From: a virus
Taxonomy: Duplodnaviria; Caudoviricetes
Reading direction: 5' to 3' (one strand)
IMG/VR virus record: IMGVR_UViG_3300032327_000300
Location: 1 to 30,496 of that record
Length of the DNA: 30,496 nucleotides
Shown piece by piece: positions 10,618-17,748 of this stretch. Position 1 is the stretch's first letter; every line of letters begins with the position of its first letter. Position numbers and translations under genes: made by a program. Under the pieces are notes generated by a model. The model was given only the letters and a program-made list of their open reading frames with translations. It made no database searches and was not told the DNA's origin.

Positions 10618-10773
10618 ATGATCAACCTTTCGCTGTCCGTTGAACAAGTAAACCTGATCCTCGCCGCGCTGGGCCAGCGGCCTTATGTGGATGTGGCTGA
10701 CCTGATCCACCGCATCAAGATTGATGCTGAAACACAACTGGCCCCAAAGCCTCCAGAGCCTGACGAGGACTGA
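10618..10773 (+). CDS. Small hypothetical protein (51 aa; missing from ORF track)
   Basis: ATG 10618 to TGA 10771-10773, MINLSLSVEQVNLILAALGQRPYVDVADLIHRIKIDAETQLAPKPPEPDED. Fills the gap; the helical LxxxEVNxILxAL..PY motif is common after phage fibre genes. Confidence 0.75.
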   Translation: MINLSLSVEQVNLILAALGQRPYVDVADLIHRIKIDAETQLAPKPPEPDED

Positions 10774-10774
10774 T

Positions 10775-11008
10775 ATGGATTGGCAACATGTGATTGATTT
10801 TGCGGGTGGTGCAATGTTAGCCGTGATTGGTTGGTTTTGCCGTCAACTGTGGGACGCGGTCTCAGAACTTCGCAAAGATATCCACACGCTGGAAATCAGC
10901 CTGCCAATCCACTATGTCCGCAAAGATGAATTTTCGGACAGCGTGAAAGAAATCAAATCCATGTTGGAGAAGATTTTTGACAAACTTGATGGGAAGGCCG
11001 ACAAGTGA
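10775..11008 (+). CDS. Single-TM + coiled-coil protein (holin/antiholin-like)
   Basis: SD GAGGA precedes ATG 10775. One N-terminal hydrophobic segment followed by a coiled coil (YVRKDEF...KLDGKADK); directly upstream of the lysis genes. Confidence 0.6.
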   Translation: MDWQHVIDFAGGAMLAVIGWFCRQLWDAVSELRKDIHTLEISLPIHYVRKDEFSDSVKEIKSMLEKIFDKLDGKADK

Positions 11009-11529
11009 TGGACCTGTCAAAGATCGGTGGCCTTTTGGGCCAAATTGCTCCGACAATCGCAACGGCTATTGGTGGCCCAGTCGCAGGGATGGCGGTCAAG
11101 GCATTGGCTGGCGCATTGGGTCTTTCGCCGGAAGCATCAGCGGACGATGTTCAGACTGCCATGATGAATGCTACACCAGAGCAGTTGGCGGCGGTCAAGA
11201 AAGTCGATGCGGACTTCAAAGTTCAGATGAAGCAGTTGGACATCAACCTTGAAGAGATTGCCGCTGGTGACCGTAAATCTGCCCGTGACATGATGGTGCA
11301 GACGGGTGTGCAAACTCCTGCCGTGTTGTCCTATTCTGTCATCGTGGCGTGGGTCTTCATCCAGTATTACCTGTTCACGACCGTGATTGATCCAAGCATG
11401 CGAGAATTGATTGCTCGCGTATTGGGAACATTGGATGGCGCATTGATGCTGGTTTTGTCTTTTTGGTTTGGATCGTCCAGCGGATCACATGCCAAGGATC
11501 AGTTGATCAAGGACTTGGGAAACAAGTGA
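11008..11529 (+). CDS. Putative holin (3TM / GTA-type holin-like)
   Basis: IAPTIATAIGGPVAG N-terminus, DRKSAR motif, two C-terminal TM segments ending FWFGSS; adjacent to the endolysin. Confidence 0.65.
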   Translation: MDLSKIGGLLGQIAPTIATAIGGPVAGMAVKALAGALGLSPEASADDVQTAMMNATPEQLAAVKKVDADFKVQMKQLDINLEEIAAGDRKSARDMMVQTGVQTPAVLSYSVIVAWVFIQYYLFTTVIDPSMRELIARVLGTLDGALMLVLSFWFGSSSGSHAKDQLIKDLGNK

Positions 11530-12041
11530 TGAAAGACAATTTTGAACAATGCCTTGCATTGCTCCTGAAGCATGAGGGTGGTTACTCTAACAATGTTAAA
11601 GACCCCGGCGGCATGACCAATTTGGGCGTGACCAAGCGGGTTTATGAGGCATATGTCGGTCATCCTGTTGATGAAGCGACCATGAGGGCTTTGACACCAG
11701 ATGTGGTTGCACCGATTTACAAACGTGATTATTGGGACGCTTGCCGCTGTGACGATCTTCCTGATGGTGTGGATTATGCCGTCTTTGATCTGGCGGTAAA
11801 CAGCGGGACACGCCGCGCCGCGAAGATGTTGCAGAAATCCGCTGGTGTTCCTGATGATGGGTCTATTGGCCCCGCGACACTCAAGGCTGTTGCAGAGTGT
11901 AACCCACGCAACCTTGCCGCCGATATTTGCGAAAACCGCCTCGCTTTCTTGCAAGCACTGCCCACATGGGATACATTCGGCAAGGGCTGGGGTCGCCGTG
12001 TGGCTGAAGTCGAGCAGATGGCGTTCAATATGGTTGACTGA
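11529..12041 (+). CDS. Endolysin, glycoside hydrolase family 108 with peptidoglycan-binding C-terminus
   Basis: TGATG coupling. HEGGY catalytic motif, DPGGMTNLGVT, FDLAVNSG, DGSIGPATL and FGKGWGRRV. Confidence 0.92.
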   Translation: MKDNFEQCLALLLKHEGGYSNNVKDPGGMTNLGVTKRVYEAYVGHPVDEATMRALTPDVVAPIYKRDYWDACRCDDLPDGVDYAVFDLAVNSGTRRAAKMLQKSAGVPDDGSIGPATLKAVAECNPRNLAADICENRLAFLQALPTWDTFGKGWGRRVAEVEQMAFNMVD

Positions 12042-12052
12042 GGATTTCAGAC

Positions 12053-12772
12053 ATGGACTATGCCGCTTACAAAGAGCAGATTGCGACGATGGCGGTTGTC
12101 CCTGTAGATGATCCCAACTATTTGATTATTCTGCCGCAGATGATCAACTATGCCGAATTGCGTATCCAGCGCGAGTTGGATTTTCTTTCGACGCAGGTTG
12201 AGAACACTTCCTACAGCCTTACCGCCAATAGCAACACCCTGACCATCCCAACCAGTTCGTTTGTTACCTTGCAAACCTTACAGGTTGTTGATGGTGCTGG
12301 GTTGCGCCAGCCGCTGACATCGGTGACCAAGGATTTCCTGCAAAACATGTGGGGGAATGTCACGGGCGCATCTGTGCCAACATTCTTTGCGGTCTTTGGC
12401 GGTGATACTGCTACGGCTGGTAATACGTCACAGAAGATCATTTTTGGGCCTTGGCCTGATGCCGCATATCAGGTGGTTTTGACTGGCACGATCCGTTCGG
12501 CTCCGCTTGGGGATGGAACCAATGGAACGCAACAGAACACATTCATCAGCACCTATTTGCCTGACCTGATGATCATGGCATCAATGATTTATGTGTCCGC
12601 ATACCAGCGCAACTTTGGTCGCATGAATGACGATCCCCAGATGGCGCAGTCCTACGAGAGCCAGTATCAGGCACTGAAGGCTGGCGCGATGGTCGAGGAA
12701 TCACGCAAGAAGTTCCAAGCGGCGGCATGGTCCTCCATGTCTCCAGCCCCTGTCGCATCACCTACGAGGTAA
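12053..12772 (+). CDS. Second head-tail adaptor / tail tubular protein
   Basis: SD GAGGA. INYAELRIQRELD, GPWPDAAY and TFISTYLPDL motifs; lies immediately before the nozzle-like gene. Confidence 0.65.
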   Translation: MDYAAYKEQIATMAVVPVDDPNYLIILPQMINYAELRIQRELDFLSTQVENTSYSLTANSNTLTIPTSSFVTLQTLQVVDGAGLRQPLTSVTKDFLQNMWGNVTGASVPTFFAVFGGDTATAGNTSQKIIFGPWPDAAYQVVLTGTIRSAPLGDGTNGTQQNTFISTYLPDLMIMASMIYVSAYQRNFGRMNDDPQMAQSYESQYQALKAGAMVEESRKKFQAAAWSSMSPAPVASPTR

Positions 12773-12778
12773 TAACCA

Positions 12779-14938
12779 ATGCCTCACGGTTCGCTGAAAC
12801 TCATTCCGGGCATTGATACCGTCAAGACACCGACCTTAAACGAGGTTGCGATGTCTAAATCCAACTTGATCAGGTTTTTGCCAGATCGAAATGGTTTTGG
12901 TTTGGCGCAAAAATTGGGTGGATGGGTCAGCTATTACAACAGCCCAATTGATTCGGTTGTGCGTGAGTTGCATGCTTGGCAGGACTTGAATGAGAACAAG
13001 TGGCTTGCTGTCGGGGCTGAGAATAGCCTTGATACGATCAGCAACGGCAACCTTCAAAAAATCACCCCCCAATACAAGATAGACAATGTCGCACCAAATT
13101 TTACGGTTGAGGGCGGGGTTCTGCTTGGTGAAGGCACAGAGGCTGGGAAATACATCATCGGCGAAGGGACGCAGGCGGGCAACCAAATTTCAGTGTCCTC
13201 TGGCGGTTATATCGTCACGGTAGTTGACCCAAATTCTGATGCCTTTGTCGGCGATGTTGTTTGGATACAAACGCAGGTGTCTGTGGGCGGCGGCGTTCTG
13301 TTTGGTCCATATCCAGTCTACGCCCGCATCGACATCAACACATACCAGATCGGTATTCCGTTTGTCGCTACGGTTGACACAACGAATGGCGGGACATTGC
13401 CAATTTTCACCACGCTTGCAGGTGACGCCAAAGTCAATGTGAACATGATCAATCACGGGTATGCCGTGCAGGACATCGTGACATTTCTGGTTGCGACCAC
13501 TGTTGGCGGCGTAACAATTCTTGGCGATTATCTGGTGGACTCCGTCACAGATGCCAACAATTTCACCATTCGCGCTTCTTTTGCCGCAAACAGCAACGAC
13601 ACGAAAACCCTGAACAATGGCAATGTCCGCTTGTATTATTTCCTTGCCACTGGCGCATCTGGCGTGGGTTCGGGATATGGTCGCGGCGGGTATGGTCGCG
13701 GCGGGTATGGCACGGGATCGACAACACCTGATACCCGTGGCGGTTCTGGCATTACAACGTCTGATTGGTATCTTGCCAACTTTGGGCAATACCTGCTTGC
13801 AAGCCCCTACAATGGCCCAATCTACATCTGGCAACCCAATGGGGGTCAAAGCACCGCGCAGATACTGAGCGGCTCTCCTTTGGCCAATGCGGGCATGTTT
13901 ATCGCTATGCCTCAACGGCAGGTAATTGCGTTTGGATCGTCGTTCGCCGGAACGGCTGAACCATTGACCATCCGCTGGTCTGATGTGGGTGACCCAAATA
14001 ACTGGATTGCGTCATCGGTCAATCAAGCGGGATCGTATACAATCCCCGAAGGAAGCAGGATCGTCGCTGGTTTGCAGGCGACACAGCAGGCGGTGTTCTG
14101 GACAGACCAAGCCGTGTGGGTGATGCAATACACGGGTGACCCTACTTTGGTCTATGGTTTTAACAAGATCGGCGAGGGTGTCGGTGCTATCTCGCCCAAG
14201 TCGGTCGGTGTGATGAACAACGTGGTTTATTGGATGTCTCCCAGCCAATTCAACCTGCTGTCAAACAATGGCGTCCAGACAATTGCCTGCCCCGTATGGG
14301 ATAACGTGTTCCAAGACATGAACATGAACATCGACGCAAACGGTCGCCCATACACAGATCGGATTCGTTGCGCGGTAAACAGCCAGTTTGGGGAAATCAC
14401 TTGGTTTTACCCAACAACAGACAGCACCGATAACAATGCCTATGTGAAATATAACGCGCAAATTCAACAATGGGATTACGGATTGCTAGGTAGAACGGCT
14501 TGGGTTGACCAGTCTGTGTTGGGTTCTCCCATCGGAGCAGGTGTTGGCCCAAATTGGATTTACCAGCATGAAGTCGGCAATGACGCGGCTGTCGGAACAT
14601 CAACCACGGCGATGCAATCGTCATTCCGCACGGGTTATTTCCAAATAGGCGACGAGGGCGATCACCTGATTTTTGTTGACCAAATCTGGCCCGACATGAA
14701 GTGGGGCGATTACAACATGGTTGAGAATGCCACAGTCCTGCTTACATTTTATGGCACGAATTATTCGGGCGACACGCCAACCGTGTATGGCCCGTATGAA
14801 ATGACCAAAAACACGCAATACATTTCCACCCGCATCCGCAACCGCTTGCTGTCGATTGAGATTTCATCAAACGATGTTGGCACATTTTGGCGTGTGGGGA
14901 ATATGCGTTATCGGTTCCAACCAGATGGGCGGTTCTAA
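12779..14938 (+). CDS. Tail nozzle / DNA stabilisation protein (P22 gp10 / T7 gp12-like beta-propeller)
   Basis: 719 aa with propeller-type motifs (IRWSDVGDPNNW, VYWMS, EITWFYPT, RTAWVD) and C-terminal QPDGRF. Confidence 0.75.
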   Translation: MPHGSLKLIPGIDTVKTPTLNEVAMSKSNLIRFLPDRNGFGLAQKLGGWVSYYNSPIDSVVRELHAWQDLNENKWLAVGAENSLDTISNGNLQKITPQYKIDNVAPNFTVEGGVLLGEGTEAGKYIIGEGTQAGNQISVSSGGYIVTVVDPNSDAFVGDVVWIQTQVSVGGGVLFGPYPVYARIDINTYQIGIPFVATVDTTNGGTLPIFTTLAGDAKVNVNMINHGYAVQDIVTFLVATTVGGVTILGDYLVDSVTDANNFTIRASFAANSNDTKTLNNGNVRLYYFLATGASGVGSGYGRGGYGRGGYGTGSTTPDTRGGSGITTSDWYLANFGQYLLASPYNGPIYIWQPNGGQSTAQILSGSPLANAGMFIAMPQRQVIAFGSSFAGTAEPLTIRWSDVGDPNNWIASSVNQAGSYTIPEGSRIVAGLQATQQAVFWTDQAVWVMQYTGDPTLVYGFNKIGEGVGAISPKSVGVMNNVVYWMSPSQFNLLSNNGVQTIACPVWDNVFQDMNMNIDANGRPYTDRIRCAVNSQFGEITWFYPTTDSTDNNAYVKYNAQIQQWDYGLLGRTAWVDQSVLGSPIGAGVGPNWIYQHEVGNDAAVGTSTTAMQSSFRTGYFQIGDEGDHLIFVDQIWPDMKWGDYNMVENATVLLTFYGTNYSGDTPTVYGPYEMTKNTQYISTRIRNRLLSIEISSNDVGTFWRVGNMRYRFQPDGRF
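13676..13710 (+). repeat. 15-nt tandem repeat TATGGTCGCGGCGGG (about 2.3 copies) encoding YGRGG
   Basis: Exact copies at 13676-13690 and 13691-13705. Confidence 0.9.
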
Positions 14939-15438
14939 CCATGATTCGCAAACAACCCATGCAGTTGATTGGAAGCCTTTTTGTAAGCCTCATGGGCTTC
15001 TTCAGGCGTGGGAAAATTAGACCCCAGATTTTTGCTTCTTCCTGCGACTTTAATCCAAGCCCCCCATTTTTGGGTAGATTTGACAAAGGATACCCCTTTG
15101 TATCCGGACTTGTTGGAGGCAGATATTTTCCTGTTGGCTCCATTTTGGATAGAATCGGCTTGCCGAAGGTTGCTGGCTTGGTTGTTGGATGGGTTTCCAT
15201 CAATATGATCAATAAATTTTTCAGGCCAATTCCCAGAAATAAAAAGCCATGCAAGCCTTTGAGCATTATACAGACGGTAATCAATACTGATTCTAACGTA
15301 TCCGTTGGGGTGAATACACCCAGCAGACGTTCCTTTTTGCCGTCTGCCTCGGCGATTGATTTTCCAAGTGAAATCCCCCGTAATTGGGTTATAATCCAAA
15401 AGGTCGCGGGCGCGGTTTGCTGTAAATTCGTTTTCCAT
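14935..15438 (-). CDS. HNH homing endonuclease with C-terminal AP2-like DNA-binding domain
   Basis: LLDYNPITGDFTWK, IDHIDGNPSNNQASNLR and NKSGYKGVSF...WGAWIKV...LGSNF motifs. It is the only antisense gene within the structural operon. Confidence 0.92.
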   Translation of the reverse strand: MENEFTANRARDLLDYNPITGDFTWKINRRGRRQKGTSAGCIHPNGYVRISIDYRLYNAQRLAWLFISGNWPEKFIDHIDGNPSNNQASNLRQADSIQNGANRKISASNKSGYKGVSFVKSTQKWGAWIKVAGRSKNLGSNFPTPEEAHEAYKKASNQLHGLFANHG

Positions 15439-15444
15439 TCTCCA

Positions 15445-15473
15445 ATAATGTCATATCACATGACATTTGTCAA
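15445..15473 (-). promoter_or_regulatory. Sigma70-like promoter of the HNH gene with an operator-like inverted repeat
   Basis: TTGACA (15473-15468), 17 nt, CATTAT (15450-15445). An 8-bp inverted repeat AATGTCAT-N5-ATGACATT (15447-15467) spans the spacer and overlaps the -10. Confidence 0.6.
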
Positions 15474-15486
15474 ATAGGAGGTTGCC

Positions 15487-15864
15487 ATCGCCAGTCTTGA
15501 CGATATCCTGTCGGTTCAAAAGAACGGCGTTGTTGCGATCAACACGCTGAACACGAAGTTTACTGCGGCATTGCCAACCAATACGTCCGCAACCGTTGTC
15601 GCGTCTACTGTTCAGGTAAGCATCGGAAAGGGCGTTTTGCTCAATGTGTCAATTCCAGCGACATCTGGAACAAATCAGGTGCTTATATATGACGCGGCAA
15701 CCGTTGGAGATATTTCCTCTTCCAATTTGATTTACGCATCATTGCCAGCAACTGCCGCAAATTTTCTTTCGTATACACCCGTCTATCTGCGATATACCAA
15801 TGGACTTGTCGTTTTAAGTCAAACTGGAATGTCCGCTGTCGTATCATACACACCAAACGTCTGA
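15487..15864 (+). CDS. Small virion protein (125 aa), apparently ATC-initiated
   Basis: AGGAGG at 15476-15481, then ATC 15487 after 5 nt: (M)ASLDDILSVQKNGVVAIN... In-frame TAG at 15475 and no ATG until near the C-terminus. Confidence 0.65.
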   Translation: MASLDDILSVQKNGVVAINTLNTKFTAALPTNTSATVVASTVQVSIGKGVLLNVSIPATSGTNQVLIYDAATVGDISSSNLIYASLPATAANFLSYTPVYLRYTNGLVVLSQTGMSAVVSYTPNV

Positions 15865-15871
15865 GGTCATC

Positions 15872-17149
15872 ATGCCACTGAAACCCGGTTCTTCTCAAAA
15901 GACGATCAGCAAGAACATCAGTGAAATGATGCATTCTGGTCATAAGCAAGATCAATCCATTGCCGCCGCTTTGAACATCGCCAAGCGCACCAAGAAAATG
16001 GGTGGTGGCGCATTGAGCATGGATGCTCTCTATCAAGCCCTGATTGAAGGCCGCATCAACATGGACAAGTTTGTGCAGGGCATGGTTGATCTGGGGGTTA
16101 AACCACAGGTTGCCGCCGCACAGGCCCAATCAGTTGCACCGCCAGCAGTTCAGGCTCCTGCCGCCGTGGCACAAGAACCATCATTGATTGATCGCGGAAT
16201 GGCAATTGCTCGTCGCGTTTTGCCTATGGGCCGTTATGCGTCTCCTGCGGCGGCGGCTGGCATGGTTATGACGCCCACTCCGTTGAATATGGGCGAAGAG
16301 GAAGCCTTGAAGGCACGGCGCGTCAAAGAAGGCATGATGAATATGCCGATCTATCCTCAAATGCCAATGCCCAAAACAATGGATAGGGGTGAAATTGACC
16401 CATCCATTTTGCCCAATATCGACCGCAACGCATATACTGGTGTTCAGTTGGATCGTGAACGTGATCCAAACCTTCAGGCTTGGAAACAAACACAAACCCC
16501 CGAAGATAGCGATTTGGTTCTTAATCCAATTGCTGTTTATCCGCAAAAATCGCAAGGTGTCGGTGGCGCACGACCTGCCGCTCGGCCTGTCCCAATACCT
16601 CCGCAGCGTCCTGAAGCAAGCATTTGGGATAATTCCCGCATCCAGCGCACTGGTGGTGAAGAAAGCCCATTGGACTTCATCCGCAATGCTCCGCTGTATA
16701 AGGCCCGTGAGGCTGATCTGGCGGCTGGCAACTCACCTTATGCTTCTGGCGGTTATGCCAAGGGCGGCGATACTGGCAAGGTGCATGTAGGCCCGATCCC
16801 AAGCCCAGTTGCGGGGCGCACAGATCATCTTCCAATGCATGTCCCATCGGGTAGCTATGTCATTCCTGCGGACATTGTGTCCGCATTGGGTGAAGGCAAT
16901 ACCATGAACGGCTTTAAGATTGTCGATGACATGAATGCTGAACATCATGATGACGGTCGTTTTGCCAATGGCGGGACGGTTCCAATCGTTGCCGCAGGTG
17001 GGGAATATGTGATTCCTCCCCATGTGGTGGCTGGCGTTGGCAAGGGAAGTCTTGATACAGGTCATAAGGTGCTTGATGGATTTGTGAAGCATGTTCGGGC
17101 CAAGACCATCAAGACATTGAAGAAGTTGCCCGGACCTAAAAAGGATTAA
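15872..17149 (+). CDS. Putative internal virion / ejection-associated protein (425 aa)
   Basis: Basic N-terminal module (PLKPGSSQKTISKNISEM), low-complexity middle, C-terminal GRTDHLPMHVPSGSYVIPADIVSALG...GGEYVIPP domain; AxGG motifs. Confidence 0.55.
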   Translation: MPLKPGSSQKTISKNISEMMHSGHKQDQSIAAALNIAKRTKKMGGGALSMDALYQALIEGRINMDKFVQGMVDLGVKPQVAAAQAQSVAPPAVQAPAAVAQEPSLIDRGMAIARRVLPMGRYASPAAAAGMVMTPTPLNMGEEEALKARRVKEGMMNMPIYPQMPMPKTMDRGEIDPSILPNIDRNAYTGVQLDRERDPNLQAWKQTQTPEDSDLVLNPIAVYPQKSQGVGGARPAARPVPIPPQRPEASIWDNSRIQRTGGEESPLDFIRNAPLYKAREADLAAGNSPYASGGYAKGGDTGKVHVGPIPSPVAGRTDHLPMHVPSGSYVIPADIVSALGEGNTMNGFKIVDDMNAEHHDDGRFANGGTVPIVAAGGEYVIPPHVVAGVGKGSLDTGHKVLDGFVKHVRAKTIKTLKKLPGPKKD

Positions 17150-17159
17150 GGGGTCTTTC

Positions 17160-17732
17160 ATGGAACTGGTGCTGGAAAAAAAGCGTATTCGCCTCTCAAA
17201 GGGTCAACGGAAGCGGCGCGAAAAGCCTCAACTGATTACCACTGATGCGATTGTGCGTGTTGCTGGCCCTGAAGACGAAGACGGTATCATGCACTTGGCT
17301 CGCGTGAACCACAACGAAAACGGCCTGTTCAAGTTGAATGAGCAACGGGTTCTAAGTTATCTGCGCCCCGCACTGCACAAATTGGACGGTATTGTCGGGG
17401 TCATTGGACCCAAGGATAAACTAGAGGCTCTGATCCTTCTCAAGACATCGTTCTATTGGTATTCGGATGAACGGTTCTTGGAAGAGATGAGCATTTTTGT
17501 GCATCCAGATTATCGCCACGCAAAAGATTCACGGGTTCAAAAGTTGATTGCATTTGCCAAACAGGTTGCCGAAGGAACAGGTCTTCCTTTGTTAATTGGG
17601 GTTTTGTCAAATGATCGAACAAGTGCTAAAGTGGCTTTATACCAGAAGCAATTTGGCCCACCTGCTGGGGCATTTTTCTTGTATGGTCGAGAAACAGGTC
17701 ACTTTCAAGAAGACGCTGACACACAGCACTAA
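17160..17732 (+). CDS. GNAT-fold protein (position equivalent to T7 gp13 / P22 gp14)
   Basis: VRVAGPED..I and IFVHPDYR motifs; ALYQKQFG C-terminal motif; located between the nozzle and ejection genes. Confidence 0.7.
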   Translation: MELVLEKKRIRLSKGQRKRREKPQLITTDAIVRVAGPEDEDGIMHLARVNHNENGLFKLNEQRVLSYLRPALHKLDGIVGVIGPKDKLEALILLKTSFYWYSDERFLEEMSIFVHPDYRHAKDSRVQKLIAFAKQVAEGTGLPLLIGVLSNDRTSAKVALYQKQFGPPAGAFFLYGRETGHFQEDADTQH

Positions 17733-17748
17733 TTCTTAGGATATTGAT

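Noticed and set aside
11845-12111. Nested +1-frame ORF in the endolysin as a possible o-spanin
   Set aside because: No proper signal peptide or lipobox and no RBS.
14887-15477. 196-aa plus-strand ORF overlapping the HNH gene
   Set aside because: Antisense shadow of a clear HNH-AP2 gene; no recognisable motifs or RBS.
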